A stretch of 64,000 nt of DNA from an uncultured virus (IMG/VR IMGVR_UViG_3300046500_000156) (IMGVR_UViG_3300046500_000156); one strand, 5' to 3'. Shown: positions 48,401-57,115, numbered from the stretch's first letter. Numbers and translations are program-made. Notes: generated from the letters alone by a model not told the origin.

Positions 48401-50360
48401 GCCCATCGACATGCTCACCTCGCTCTATGCGCTGGAGCAGCTCGATGATGTCGAGCACATGAAGCTCTCGATGCTGGCGAACCAGGAAGAGAAGGGTATG
48501 AAGTTTGCCCTGTCCTACCTGCAAGGTCAGCGTGCAGATGAGATGACCAAGGCTCAGTCCAATGACCGCGCACTGCTGAATCACTTCAAGGGTTACATTC
48601 CCCAAGTGCAGCAGGCCGGTACGTCACTGATCGTCGCCGATGACTCGGAGTACGCGGAACTCACCAAGCGTTCGTATGTGCGCATCGGTGACTACGAAGG
48701 CAGCCGCGCTGAGCCAGGAAAGACCAAGAAGGGTTACTACTTCCTGCCGGTCTCTGGTCGCAATGCGTTCCAGCAGGGCATCTTGCAGAATGTTCGTCAG
48801 ACTGCGGGTGGTGTAGATGTGGCGTCGGGTTACTCGCAGATGGCGTCTGCTGGCCGGATCACGAGTCCCAAGGAAGTGAGCCGCATCCAGTCGCTGGTCT
48901 CCGCAGGTCTGGAAGGGGACAAGGAACACTTGCTGCCGATCTTCAACGATCAAGGCGAAGTGGTCGCCTACGAACGGTCGCTGAATCCGGAGATGGTGAA
49001 CAGCAAGTTGCAGTTCAACACCCGTCTGCATGAGATGCTCGGCGTGTGGCGTGGCCGTCAGGTGGAAGAGGAACTGGCTTCCCACTACAACACGCAACTG
49101 ATTGACCGTCTGGCCGATATGTATGACGCAGACATGGCCAAGGATGCAGCTAACAAAGACCGCTACATCGATGTGTTCGACAAGCGTGAGCTGGCAAAGG
49201 ATCCGGTGCTGGCGGATGCGGTGAAGCTGATCACACCGGCCATGAAGCAACAGATCCAGCAGAAGTTCGGCAAGCAGTTTTTCGTGCGCCGGGATATGCT
49301 CAACGATGCACTGGGCTACCGCTCGGCCTCGGTGGGCGATGCGTGGACAGGCAACTCCCGCTGGTCTGACGATACGCAGAAGCAGGTTCAGCGTATCGCC
49401 ATGTCGGTGTTCGGGAACAAGGCCTACCAGTATGCGGTGACGGCGGAAAAGAAGTGGCAGAACTTCGTATCCGATGCCAAGACGATGATCGTCGTCAAGT
49501 CGGTGGTGGTGCCGATCTCCAACCTGGTGTCCAACGCTTACCAGCTCGCCTCCCGTGGTGTGCCGATCAAGGACATCATCACCGGCATGCCCAGAAAAAC
49601 GGCTGAGGTGAAGGCCTACGTTGCCTCCGAGCTGCGCCGTATCGAAGCTGATGCGGAGCTGCGTGCCGCCGAAGGTCAGGGCAAGGTGGATGTGGCGCGT
49701 AAGCTCAAGGCCGAGATCCAGTCGATCCGGGATTCGCACAAGCGTCTCTCGATCTGGCCGCTGATCGAAGCGGGTGAGTTCTCCGCCATCTCCGATGGTC
49801 AGGCCACCGCCGAGGAAGTGGAGCTCACCTCGGGCCGCTTGAGCGAGTACTTCGAGCGCAAGGTGAACCAGCTGCCGGCAGGTATTCGCACCGCAGGCCG
49901 CTATGCGATGATCACCAAGGACACGGCGCTCTTCAAGGGCATGCAGACGGCGGTGGAGTACGGGGACTTCCTCGCCAAGGCGATTCTGTATGACGATCTG
50001 ACCAAGCGTAAGAAGCAGAGCCGCGAATACGCACTGGCTCGAGTGACCGAAGAGTACGTGAACTACGATCGTCTGCCGGGCCGCTTCCGGGGTTATGTCG
50101 AGTCGATGGGTCTGATGTGGTTCTACAACTTCAAGATCCGTTCGGCCAAGGTGGCCTTGAGCATGATCCGGAATAACCCGGTGCATGCGCTGCTGGCGGG
50201 ACTGGCGCCGACCCCTCCGCTCCTTGGCTCGATTGGCACGCCGATCACGGATAACATCTTCACGCAGGCGGCGAGTGGGAAACTCCACTACAGCTTCGGC
50301 TTCGGGCAACTGTTCCACGCCCCGATGATGCTGCCACTGGAGAACATCCTGAGCCGGTAA
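39480..50360 (+). CDS. virion-encapsidated RNA polymerase (N4 gp50-like)
   Basis: 3626 aa, no Cys seen; SKVGRLQM, YLEADGKTNG (motif A), RDIAKNPLTVTMY (B), NIFDG (C). Confidence 0.97.
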   Translation: MPSAQEMFDQYLGSAGTGTVPGSGPVTGAVDNPFLSDSPAPTKQDAVAVTADTKKASVAQTADAKKAQVAAQTGVPSLDQLYSATLARNSGVGNQTLPSQELADLNSLTPYDLAKKYGFSRAQDMINGQLQAQGATQTDINTQRSLPQAAGDFATGVGLGVANSVGGVGALAAGLVSKRAGTAVASGIKALNDVVQQNLQSDGMNAHRQVNAARNELGYRDSEAEYDRTKGTDGEFMAGLRRIGKDAATAVGNAVMDPTVASDGVAQGIGSLLTAGPIGRGISLGANALVGGVARRALVEGAIAADAGAGGASALLGRAATSPLGSKVLDFAKHEGATMAGIGATEAGGAYQQNAADVMDMKFEDLQKTSPMFNQLVEDGMKKMGPNPTPEQVTALQEEARRTVANRSGLLAAAIQAPIATATGALVSKFESAPLKIPTLRQLGQNILKEGTEETIQSGTGQAAQNIATKQTANDKQDLLQGVGEQAGLGGLYGMASAGVVSGPGSILSSGTRAALGISNKAVELAGKRGDRIMAENEAKSPVSDQSIATAAAEAVQNAPAAAQAATDAIDKSDLTPSQKEEAHSYVEQAKGVVHFDPAEVQGMPEVIQRAAEGQTSRLQFFQNLANEAKNPKNSAQEQALALATLQASIDGVLGEKGINIASAEFNALPDTHDAKLFTGDVAELWTKFQQSPAGKTASNEERAAKTAERVAKENLTPEHFDTPEGQQAVQANIAAAQLSPQHSNRANNELILNMAAAGKITLDNRQSAALRIANAILGEQEKHQAQLKQVGAKSASDLVSHQVTVNEGSPEGAESAKEHMDAIRSAYGRGDFKGAKAALLGFQNFVQSQQNKIRAVNTQIATHGGNANPNNALHYDAALQDKSGFRKSDKPFGVSVQGKRAANSIGFVQQVAAETQALTGIHNALATAFPELGVKHVESVSLDPLLSDAHPSKVAKEFADGTRGKKQDKPSATEPVKEKESAAQSSKPSAPDEAPKQPVTSAQQSAPKDAVKETTKPAEPVNDTSSQKEEPAQPHDVAQEREALINRKIAGPLTVQEEARLREIDQEIHAGVNKGLERDLSTVGESDGKGVSALYPNLIVPVGGNFFTRAFRLPSEARSKLAGVEKPLEQVRDALNTEPNFRAASGKSTRGFDDKTRAAYRYHLSFAPKMVAAFNEHLQAMLKKSTNAQDIVSGAKDPNRYRNGKLLNIAEETEDGLRLNQSLAEAAALAGLQWVLGAQNNASHYDTMDIASIFGVRPDQVTEEMENHLKSGSARIEGYSSLAQKIQTYWGLASDPNMDVAYTHGILDAMAAEILDTMTDPETGLKLKDGTPFVREVTKTVDVRTGEIVDTREVAKDGEIPKAFTGKNYKSIPVLQTPALEKFGALQKLPDAIERVIATKPELSHYLDGELPTPPKEQMRNPGVKLTDEQKQMIANETDTVHKLDMDSVALFRAIDRDWMAKIFGPGDIDPKKLNKNDLNSQEGQKLSITGAFDAFLDLTAQVEDHAAANGKEPGEVEIRYGYNVSKVGRLQMLGAFNPQASKLMRHAVLPTESTLELTSTKGQQAWWLGVAQGLGVKVHNMTPEMARTEAEKALAGKYAVPLSIMKSFLQSGKLEPEDLENLHASLGSGASFAALYAVLQQAKYELAQQNGDDLSKFKTKLYLEADGKTNGPIMAMAMFGRGKMTANEVINLSRGGVLFGDSQTNTAGLQFIKDPVDLYKATANNLNQTLSELLQEGSGMDADVREQLAHLLKVMNVLLGDNVIKFDGSTGVEMGRDIAKNPLTVTMYSSGPNGIANKIAGMLTDAVYAQMSKALQNNWKIGELFGPEQKEKNEILNTSLKALMDRVVDKGETDELILAENKERDTKNQKMTEFTFGPMDRQTIQKNIRMLFVDPMRASIGAVVGQDVFDAMQMVQQATQVQSIFQEYAYNQAVDAALKARQDDPKATDYRKGDYLSQKQLDEIQKSVRNLSPYIEAPGQTFYMSGKQRVTPQVESFGSALSDRYRAPAVLNGPGNIGVAGPASINIGMGDGRMIQSFSTMPGVVGNHLNIFDGIHFALSDIEQGSKQANEAAWTAMTGNPLKAVSRAYQTFLAHIPATEVTFGSDLHKALVAALYGPFAATDKGLKRNPPAKVIAALQTLGEDLSSGSDAVDARHRALMRVNVTIDQMAGASSPHRIGGKESIDAAASPDEIAARITELTAEEQAKIDAQNEKAPRTSEALNTGLAAAGEPHRTGVKIWRFDGVRNLIGNVLERLPREQAVMLEHIARSMQADGYTLIHGNREQLTAYNESLGAMKVDAANLANPNVQGFTMPGRQQVWIVNPSSETLTHELIHAATMKAVLAYYNGENLGKNHTHVEEAIQNLETLMQQFLGLNDDIDSLPREMQVAYHNAFTAINTALNNPDLDPATRSAAALNEYMAWGLANQQLAALQKKVDAHPLVKMAQSVIDWLRQIVFGKQLVKTPGEDMFSHLQFNTQVVLTAQPTMGQMMRDTVLYQNAQYGNDQRLAELGDMFDRTITNWVADAKGNVPEMLRRQYEAKHLAQQQGTRLSNAFATVFPMTLQEKTTFHQIVAGLVTEAHFDPNVLARMHQLWSLVNKHLDATMMEDPNELDPNQRRHDAQEKVDAIRGDIFEEYDSKGRSTLLPTFMALAMTNDHFRSVLAKIATEKQARSDAESRVDQALENFATDTLDALGRRLSGERKSPDVLAAMDALSARFVDLAQERQTAMDLYLKNSGGVIDSANDYMVQGMGDLARFLVQKADKIDTQTSNKLVRLGTNSTRLFAAIINEEQAGIVAEGMLTYANKIQAFKPFTDLIHDMIGRVASNAEVYDMIKAVRSMVQKMRQQFREEVPKIIAKQFSRNLTEAEWDLLHKGMGKTDLASLAQGMSQNEVLSMLKDRKARETKIKELEDQIQSLDKPYFDFRKKKMQELAKYMVTGQTSSDLLRNAHAIARMAGTPNWLVSKASKDLVKPIDMLTSLYALEQLDDVEHMKLSMLANQEEKGMKFALSYLQGQRADEMTKAQSNDRALLNHFKGYIPQVQQAGTSLIVADDSEYAELTKRSYVRIGDYEGSRAEPGKTKKGYYFLPVSGRNAFQQGILQNVRQTAGGVDVASGYSQMASAGRITSPKEVSRIQSLVSAGLEGDKEHLLPIFNDQGEVVAYERSLNPEMVNSKLQFNTRLHEMLGVWRGRQVEEELASHYNTQLIDRLADMYDADMAKDAANKDRYIDVFDKRELAKDPVLADAVKLITPAMKQQIQQKFGKQFFVRRDMLNDALGYRSASVGDAWTGNSRWSDDTQKQVQRIAMSVFGNKAYQYAVTAEKKWQNFVSDAKTMIVVKSVVVPISNLVSNAYQLASRGVPIKDIITGMPRKTAEVKAYVASELRRIEADAELRAAEGQGKVDVARKLKAEIQSIRDSHKRLSIWPLIEAGEFSAISDGQATAEEVELTSGRLSEYFERKVNQLPAGIRTAGRYAMITKDTALFKGMQTAVEYGDFLAKAILYDDLTKRKKQSREYALARVTEEYVNYDRLPGRFRGYVESMGLMWFYNFKIRSAKVALSMIRNNPVHALLAGLAPTPPLLGSIGTPITDNIFTQAASGKLHYSFGFGQLFHAPMMLPLENILSR

Positions 50361-50398
50361 AAAGAAAAACCCCCAAGTCTCTCAGGCTTGGGGGTTTT
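50361..50398. terminator. bidirectional terminator between convergent late and middle operons
   Basis: AAAACCCCCAAG/CTTGGGGGTTTT. Confidence 0.85.
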
Positions 50399-50435
50399 GT
50401 ACTACTGCATCTCTCACTTTCTCAGGGTGAGGACT

Positions 50436-50615
50436 TCATCTTACCGTAGGTGGGCCAGGGGGAGGATCATCCTCGTCTTTCCCCTGGCTCAGTACGGCGT
50501 AGACTACCCCCACTGCCACAATGCCCATGGCGATGTAGGGGGCTGCTGCGATGATGGCAACTGTGAGACCAACCACAGCCGCCACCACGAGGATGACGAC
50601 TGCCAGCGGATTCAT
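50436..50615 (-). CDS. small two-TM membrane protein (59 aa; not in ORF track)
   Basis: MNPLAVVILVVAAVVGLTVAIIAAAPYIAMGIVAVGVVYAVL...; TGATG coupling. Confidence 0.6.
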   Translation of the reverse strand: MNPLAVVILVVAAVVGLTVAIIAAAPYIAMGIVAVGVVYAVLSQGKDEDDPPPGPPTVR

Positions 50616-51130
50616 CAGCTGTTCGACACGCGCTTCAGATTGCCGAAGAGGCTACGGCCTGCGGGCTTCGCTTCTGCCGACTGGTCTTGCTCAGCTTGCG
50701 GTTCCGTCGAGCTCGGCTCGGCTGCTGCTTCGCTGCCAGGGCCAGCAGTCTCGGTACTCGTCGAGTCCGAAGTCTCGATCATCCCCTCGACGGGCGGCTC
50801 TTCTGCCGGCGTCTCTGCCTTTCCCTGGCTGACCGGCACTTCCGCTTCCGGCGTGAACGTCGGGAGTTCGACTGCCTTCGGTGCCGGCGTTTCCTTCTTC
50901 ACTTCGACGGTCTTGGTGACCGGCTTGGCAATCGGGGCTGCCGGCGCTTCTGCCTTGACCGGTGCTGCGGCCTTAGCCGGCACGATGTCGATGGTGGCCA
51001 TGAAGCCCGCTTCACCACGGGTAGCCTTCAGGTCAATCTCGACATCCATGCCTTCCTTGATGCTCATCTGGTTGAGGATGAGGTCTTTGATGGCCTGCTT
51101 GATTTCTGCTTCGACGATGATGATCTGCAT
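50615..51130 (-). CDS. conserved N4-like protein with Pro/Glu/Ala-rich tail
   Basis: MQIIIVEAEIKQAI...IDL.ATRG..G..ATIDI; ends RSLFGNL. Confidence 0.75.
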   Translation of the reverse strand: MQIIIVEAEIKQAIKDLILNQMSIKEGMDVEIDLKATRGEAGFMATIDIVPAKAAAPVKAEAPAAPIAKPVTKTVEVKKETPAPKAVELPTFTPEAEVPVSQGKAETPAEEPPVEGMIETSDSTSTETAGPGSEAAAEPSSTEPQAEQDQSAEAKPAGRSLFGNLKRVSNS

Positions 51131-51132
51131 CT

Positions 51133-51690
51133 TTACACCTTTGCGAAAAGTCGCATGAGATTTTGAAACATGGGTGTCTGCACACCCGCGTGAATGGCTG
51201 CTATGGCGTCTGCGCAATGTTCTGCTTTCGCGGCGCTGATCTTGCCGTTGTGCACGGGGAAGTTCGCTGCCGGATACTCCGTTACTGCCTGGGCGATCAT
51301 CTGTTTCTTGGTGGCGTCTTTCTTGCCCGTGAAGATCTCCTTCACGTCCAAGGCGCTCACCTGGATGATCTCGTGGCCTTCTGCTCGAAGGGCACCGAGC
51401 ACCCCACAGACGATCCCGTAGGACTTCATGCCGTAGGCCGATTGGGATCCAACCGGCACTTCGACGAAGATCACCTTGGACCGGCGTGCAGCGGGGAACA
51501 CCCCTTTGCACAGCGTCGTGGCCAGGTGGACATCACTGGAGTTCTGGCGAACCTGCTTCCCTTCGAGATCCTCCCCCTGAACCAGGGAGAGGATCGGTGT
51601 ATCAAGCACGCCAGAATCCAGATCCAGGTCAGCTTCTGCGATCCCCCAATTTCTCATTGAGGGATCCATGCCGCAGACACGGATCTTCAT
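51133..51690 (-). CDS. RuvC-like Holliday junction resolvase
   Basis: VCGMDPS.RNWG, FVEVP.GSQ, ATKKQMI, EH.ADA. Confidence 0.88.
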   Translation of the reverse strand: MKIRVCGMDPSMRNWGIAEADLDLDSGVLDTPILSLVQGEDLEGKQVRQNSSDVHLATTLCKGVFPAARRSKVIFVEVPVGSQSAYGMKSYGIVCGVLGALRAEGHEIIQVSALDVKEIFTGKKDATKKQMIAQAVTEYPAANFPVHNGKISAAKAEHCADAIAAIHAGVQTPMFQNLMRLFAKV

Positions 51691-51694
51691 GGCG

Positions 51695-52474
51695 TTACTT
51701 CTTGCCGAACAGCGACTTGCGCGGAGCAGCGTCACCGCCTGCAGCCGGAGCCGGCGCTGCTGCACGGTTCGATTGCGGGGCACCTGCTGCGCCTGCCTGA
51801 CCGTCCTTGATCTTGCGGCGGTCCTGCGTCTTGCCCTTGTTCAGGTCGAGCCACGCATCCCAGAAGGTGGCCACGTCCGAACCGGCCTTGGCTTCGACGA
51901 TGGTCAACTTCAGTTCCGGGTGGAACACCTTGTCGGTGGCGTTCTCTTCGCGCTCTTCCGCGGTCGGAACGTACACGCCTGCGTCATTCTTGGCGTTCTT
52001 GTTGACCTTGCGGCGGATCACGCCGAGTGCCACGTGCTGGCCGATGGCGTCGATGAGCATCGGCACCGACTTGTTGACCTGCCTGCCGTCTTCCCAGACC
52101 TGGACGATCTTGTCCTCGGCATCCTGCTCCGAGAGCGGCTTGCCGGTCGCGATCTGGCAGATGTCATCGACGATGGTGAAACCCGGCAGGGGCGACTTCT
52201 TGCCCGTGGGCTTGCCGTCCTTGTCCTTGGCGAGGAAGAAGTTCTCGCCCTTGGCGTTCGTGATCCAGAACGTTTCGCGGTATTCCTTGCCACCTTCCGT
52301 GCCGATGAAGGTGATCGAACGTGCTTGCGAACCCGGCGTTGCCGACTGGCCGGCGTACATGGCCTTGATTTCGAAGTCGTAGATGTCGCTGTCACGCGGG
52401 CCGAAGCCACCACCCAGACGGTCGGTGGATTCTTCGAGGCCTTCGCTGCTGAGGTTGCCGAACAGAGTGCTCAT
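51695..52474 (-). CDS. N4SSB-like ssDNA-binding protein / late activator (gp45-like)
   Basis: DRLGGG, LPGF, C-terminal KSLFG; synteny. Confidence 0.88.
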   Translation of the reverse strand: MSTLFGNLSSEGLEESTDRLGGGFGPRDSDIYDFEIKAMYAGQSATPGSQARSITFIGTEGGKEYRETFWITNAKGENFFLAKDKDGKPTGKKSPLPGFTIVDDICQIATGKPLSEQDAEDKIVQVWEDGRQVNKSVPMLIDAIGQHVALGVIRRKVNKNAKNDAGVYVPTAEEREENATDKVFHPELKLTIVEAKAGSDVATFWDAWLDLNKGKTQDRRKIKDGQAGAAGAPQSNRAAAPAPAAGGDAAPRKSLFGKK

Positions 52475-52520
52475 AATGTTTTCTTTTGGTTCCGTTGATT
52501 GATGTTTTGAGTTCGTTGGT

Positions 52521-53291
52521 TTAGAGGTCGTAGAACTCGTTCAGGTGATCCAGCAGCTTCTGTGCATCGTTGTCGATGTACGTCTCTGCCTTGTCGAACA
52601 TGCCCATCGGGCTGCGCACCCGATAGCCTGTCGTCTGCTTCGTGGTACGGGTCTGGTACACGTGCTTGAAGCCCAGTTCCCGCTCTTCCTCGGTGATGTC
52701 GAGGAGCTTGCTGCCATACTTCTCCAGTTCCTTGATCGGAACTTTCTTGGCAACGACGACAGTCGAGAAGTAAGCCTCGATGCCGTTGTTCTTGAGAGAG
52801 CCCTTGACCGGTACTTTGGTCTTGATCTCCATGTTCTTTTCATCGAGCTCATCCAGCAGGTGGGCAATGATGACTACGGGCTTGCCGAAGCTCGTCACCT
52901 TCTGCTGCATCAGCACCTTGAAGAACTGGGCATATTGGCCCCAGGCCTGCATGGTGTTGGCCGAGTTCAGGATGTACTGCGACTCGAACATGTCCATGAG
53001 AAACGTCGAGCTGTCGATGATGATGCCTTCGGGCTCGTAGTCGAGCTGGCCCGCGATGGCCGCATCGAATGCCTCGTGCACCTGGTACGGATCGGTGATC
53101 CGGTACGCATCGAACTTGTTGCGAAAGGGCAGACGCTTGCCTGCTTCGCAGTTCAGGTACATCCACCTTTCCTGGTTCCGGATGTTGCGCAGCGATGCGC
53201 TCTTGCCTTCGCCAGAGAAGCCGGCAACCAGTACCAGCTGGTCGTTGACTTCGCCGATGCTCTGCACATCGTCTTCTTGCACTTCGCTCAT
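52521..53291 (-). CDS. AAA/Sak4-like ATPase (gp44-like)
   Basis: GFSGEGKS, YLNCEAGK.LPF, IIIDS, RSPMGMF. Confidence 0.88.
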   Translation of the reverse strand: MSEVQEDDVQSIGEVNDQLVLVAGFSGEGKSASLRNIRNQERWMYLNCEAGKRLPFRNKFDAYRITDPYQVHEAFDAAIAGQLDYEPEGIIIDSSTFLMDMFESQYILNSANTMQAWGQYAQFFKVLMQQKVTSFGKPVVIIAHLLDELDEKNMEIKTKVPVKGSLKNNGIEAYFSTVVVAKKVPIKELEKYGSKLLDITEEERELGFKHVYQTRTTKQTTGYRVRSPMGMFDKAETYIDNDAQKLLDHLNEFYDL

Positions 53292-53352
53292 GTGTTTCTC
53301 CCTGTGCTACCCCTCTCCTTGAGCCAAGGAAAGGGATCAGCGTCTGTCGATG

Positions 53353-55545
53353 TCAGGCTGCTTTCTTGCCGAACTGTTTGCTCACCGAGACCAGGATCGT
53401 GGAACGGATCTCGTCTTCGGTCAGGCCATTGGAGAGCTTCGCGTTGAAGGCGAACACCGCCTGCTGGACCTGCAGCAGATCCAGTCCTGAATCCACCAGT
53501 GCCATGGCGTACTTGAGCAGGTTGTTGTTGCGGTTGCCCGTGGCGATGCGTTGCGCAAACCAGCGTTCGAGGTTGTCCATCGAGCCGATCTTCTTCATCT
53601 CCGCCTGGTGCTGGTCATTCTTGGAGGTCTTCGGGATGAACGGCAGGGCATCGAGAATCTCGCCATCGAGGTTGTAGTGGTACTGACCGCCTGCAAAGCT
53701 CTCCCACTTCTTGCTTCTCTGGTTCGCTGCTTCATCGGTCGGGAACGGGAGCCACTCCATGATGTTGTTCATGAACTCCTTGTACTCGTCCGAGGAAAGC
53801 TCCAGCCGGTAGTTGATCGGCAGGATCAGACGGAAGCGATCGCCATGGCCATCTTTCTGATGGCGCTTGGTGGTGTAGGTCATGAACTTGTATTCCTTCA
53901 TCAAGTCATGCACCACATCCAGCGTCACGCCGTGATCGATGTCCAGCACCAGCAGGTTGAAGCCGGGAATGACGTTCTCCTCGGCTCGGTGGCCCTTACC
54001 CTCGTTACCGCCCTTGAAGAAGTGATTGCACCAGTGCAGCGCTGAGCCATCAGCCTGCGTGCCATTGGTCAGCAGATGCAGCTGATCGAAAGGCACCTTC
54101 TCCGAGAGGTAGTTGTAGGCCCAGTGCTCGCCGTAGGACAGCGTCATCTCGTCGAGCTTGGTCTCCTGCAAAGTCTCACCTTTATAGAGTTCGATGCCAT
54201 CGGCAAAGCTCTTCTTGATGATGATGTGATTCTTGTAGCCATAGGCAATGGCCAGCGTCATCATCTCGGTGCGAGCAGCAGCCCCCGTCTTGTAGTAGGG
54301 CAGGTTCTCGTTCAGATCCGCGTGCGTGACTTCCTTGCCGCAAGTGGCGATGTACTTCGCCAGCTTCACGTAATTCTTCTCACGATTGAGGATCTTCTCG
54401 AAGGCCTTGCCGCACTCTTCGACCAGGAGGATGGCGCTCATGAGGTGATCCATTTCCACCTCATTGGATTCGTCGACAAACGCCAGGGCGCCAGCCAGCT
54501 TCAGTGCCTTCCAGTAGCGGTGGGAGAGCTCGGCCTTACGGATCTCTTCGTGCTCGGGCATGAGCTCCGCTGCCGCTTCGCAGGCGATGCGGTACTGGAT
54601 CAGCTTCACGCCCACGGGCTCTTCCACGAGCATCTTCCAGCCGTACATGGCCGGGTCTGCGAGCTTGTGAAAGTGCGCCGACCACTTCTTGATGTTGCTG
54701 TCGTTGGTCGGGTTGGTGAGCTTCTTGTAGATCTCTTCCGCCGTCATCGAGTGACTCGACTTGCGCTCAGGACTGCCCCAGCCGAACAGACACCGGCGTG
54801 CGTAACCGGTCTCCAGGAACGAGTAGAACTGGTCTTCCGTCTGGCTCCCGTCAAGGAGCTTGGCCGGTGTGCCGAACAGGAGCATGTTGGTCGGCGTCTT
54901 GCCGCTCACATCCTCGCCACGGGTGTTTTCCGCGGTGTTCTTGGTGAGCTTCTGCTTCACCAGCCCCTGGTCGTAGAGCTCCAGAAATAGCGTGAGCACG
55001 TCCGTGGAGTTGATCAGGTTCGAGCCGATCTCGTCGATCTGCAGGTTGATGGCCCCGCACTGGGCGAGGATCATCTTGTTGCGCAGCTGCTTGATGGCAG
55101 GCGGTGTGCCGCTATCGAACGTGAAGACGTAGGTGCCACAGCGCTTGTACTCGCCCATGACGCCTTCGAATTCTTCATTCGGATCGGACGCGTTACGTGC
55201 AGCACGAGCTGCCGCCTCCTCCCACAAGTGCTTCTCGGCGATCACCGGGAAGGTGTCTTCGGTGAAGCGCTTCTGGAAACCAGCCATGAACTCGCCTTCG
55301 ATGATGTTCACGGAGAGGCCTTTGCCGAAGCCGGAGGTGGCCAGAGCCAGGGCATAGACGTTCACCGGAACTTCACCACGGTCTTTCGTGACAACGGTTG
55401 CACGCATGCTCGCAGCCATCTTCCCGAGGAAGTAGGCAACTTCGGTGCGGAAGAATCCGCGGTCCTGGTTCTGGGACTTGGCGCACAGAACGTCGGTCAT
55501 CTCTTCGATGACCGGATGGTGGGTGACTCCGGTGAGGTCGATCAT
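53353..55545 (-). CDS. DNA primase (N4 gp43/dns-like)
   Basis: SGFGKG, DEIGSNL, LVLDID, YTTKRH, GNRNN PriCT-like C-terminus. Confidence 0.9.
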   Translation of the reverse strand: MIDLTGVTHHPVIEEMTDVLCAKSQNQDRGFFRTEVAYFLGKMAASMRATVVTKDRGEVPVNVYALALATSGFGKGLSVNIIEGEFMAGFQKRFTEDTFPVIAEKHLWEEAAARAARNASDPNEEFEGVMGEYKRCGTYVFTFDSGTPPAIKQLRNKMILAQCGAINLQIDEIGSNLINSTDVLTLFLELYDQGLVKQKLTKNTAENTRGEDVSGKTPTNMLLFGTPAKLLDGSQTEDQFYSFLETGYARRCLFGWGSPERKSSHSMTAEEIYKKLTNPTNDSNIKKWSAHFHKLADPAMYGWKMLVEEPVGVKLIQYRIACEAAAELMPEHEEIRKAELSHRYWKALKLAGALAFVDESNEVEMDHLMSAILLVEECGKAFEKILNREKNYVKLAKYIATCGKEVTHADLNENLPYYKTGAAARTEMMTLAIAYGYKNHIIIKKSFADGIELYKGETLQETKLDEMTLSYGEHWAYNYLSEKVPFDQLHLLTNGTQADGSALHWCNHFFKGGNEGKGHRAEENVIPGFNLLVLDIDHGVTLDVVHDLMKEYKFMTYTTKRHQKDGHGDRFRLILPINYRLELSSDEYKEFMNNIMEWLPFPTDEAANQRSKKWESFAGGQYHYNLDGEILDALPFIPKTSKNDQHQAEMKKIGSMDNLERWFAQRIATGNRNNNLLKYAMALVDSGLDLLQVQQAVFAFNAKLSNGLTEDEIRSTILVSVSKQFGKKAA

Positions 55546-56522
55546 GTTGGCTGTTGATAGAGATCTTTCTGTGTACAGATGTCGAATGCCTCGCAGTAGC
55601 CACAGCGTTTGACTTCGCCGGGTACGGTGATGACGATTCCCTTGCCTCCTTTCTCGACCTTCCAGAACCCGTTTGCCTCAGCAAGCGTGTCGAAATTCTT
55701 GGTCGAGCGCCCCGAGGTCTTGGTGGGGTCTGCGTAATACTTGAACTTGGGGGCCGAGCGCCAGAGTTCTTCATCGGTACAGTTGGGCACCTGCGCTTCC
55801 GGCACGCCCCAGTACTTCTGCACCTGCGTGAGCTTCCAGATCACCCAGGCTTCGGTCTCTTCGAGACTCAGAAGTGGGATCTCCTTGTAGGCCACACGGG
55901 ACTGCGGGTACTTCGGATTGGCCCGAGCATCCGCTGCACTCCAGTCCGTGAAGATGAAGTTGATGCGGATGGTGTCCTCGGTGATCTTCTGCGGATTGAG
56001 CCAGCGATACAGGCTGCCCTGCAGACGATAGTCATCGTCCTTGCCGCCATAGATCCAGGAATAGACGGTGGTGGACTTGTTGTCCATCACCTTGCCTTCC
56101 ATCACCATGTCGTACTTGCCGCCGATGGTGTAGACCCGGCCATTGACCTTAACCTGACGCTTGGCACGCTGCTCGATGTAGATCGGGATCGTCCCTTCCT
56201 CTGGCTCAGCAGGGTTGATGCGCACGTGCTCGATGATGTCGTCCGAGTAGCCGAGCATCTTGAGCGCTTTCTTGTGGCCGGTGGTCCACGCCTTTTCGAT
56301 GGAGTCGTGGAGCGCCTTGCCGAGCGCCGAGGCGATGTAGTCCTGCACGTCCGGCATGGGACGTTGGGCTTCGGGAATGCGGTGCGGGAGCACGAGATGA
56401 CGCAGAGGGCGCATCAGCTTGGTGGCGCTGATGTAGTTCTCATCCGTCTGATAATCGTACTCATCGTGGAGCAGCCACACTGCCAGCGGCAGTGAGATGT
56501 CCGAGTTATTGGAAACTCTCAT
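55542..56522 (-). CDS. PD-(D/E)XK exonuclease (gp42-like)
   Basis: ISATKL, G.ALH, GKYD...DNKST, Q...Y.WL, C.YC....IC. Confidence 0.85.
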   Translation of the reverse strand: MRVSNNSDISLPLAVWLLHDEYDYQTDENYISATKLMRPLRHLVLPHRIPEAQRPMPDVQDYIASALGKALHDSIEKAWTTGHKKALKMLGYSDDIIEHVRINPAEPEEGTIPIYIEQRAKRQVKVNGRVYTIGGKYDMVMEGKVMDNKSTTVYSWIYGGKDDDYRLQGSLYRWLNPQKITEDTIRINFIFTDWSAADARANPKYPQSRVAYKEIPLLSLEETEAWVIWKLTQVQKYWGVPEAQVPNCTDEELWRSAPKFKYYADPTKTSGRSTKNFDTLAEANGFWKVEKGGKGIVITVPGEVKRCGYCEAFDICTQKDLYQQPT

Positions 56523-56573
56523 GAGGAGTGCTCAAAAAGGAATGTGGAAAGGCAGCCGAACCAGGGAAAGGAA

Positions 56574-57113
56574 TCAGGGGACGATGCGGTATTTCACAAT
56601 GTCATCGTCGCAGTTGCGGATCGCCCATGCACGGTAGATTGCCTTCGAACGGCCAATTTTTTGGCCGTTGCGGAGAACGACTTCAACGAAGGTTTCATTC
56701 GGCACTGGCAATGTGTCGCCGCCTTCCCAATCGATCCACGAGCCTTTCATGGCATTGATAGCGAGCTTCATCTGATCTTCCTGGAGCTTCAGCTGTTCTG
56801 TCAGAACTGCACTTTCCTGACCCAGTCGCTCGAACTGGTAGTGACGCAGCGAACGGTTGGCGTAGTGCACGCGCTTTTCAGCATCGTAGATCGCCTGGTC
56901 AGTCTGGCTGCGGCCAGGCTTGCCATTGCCCTGACGAGCAGCAGCCGTGCGCCACAGTGCCTTGAACTCGCAGCCTTCATCGAAGTCCATGCCGAGCGCA
57001 CGGATAATGTCCTCGCACTCCGCCTGATACGGAGCCTGTTCCTTGCGCTGCGGATTGTCGACACGGCACAGGTAGTAGTTCACCTTACCGCCCGTGAGCT
57101 TGGCGTCGCTCAT
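56574..57113 (-). CDS. conserved phage protein (DUF3310-like N-terminal domain plus W.GG..PV C-terminal domain)
   Basis: GGKVNYY...ECEDII.ALGM.F.EG..FKA.WR; WIDWEGG..PV...DIVKYRI. Confidence 0.6.
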   Translation of the reverse strand: MSDAKLTGGKVNYYLCRVDNPQRKEQAPYQAECEDIIRALGMDFDEGCEFKALWRTAAARQGNGKPGRSQTDQAIYDAEKRVHYANRSLRHYQFERLGQESAVLTEQLKLQEDQMKLAINAMKGSWIDWEGGDTLPVPNETFVEVVLRNGQKIGRSKAIYRAWAIRNCDDDIVKYRIVP

Positions 57114-57115
57114 GA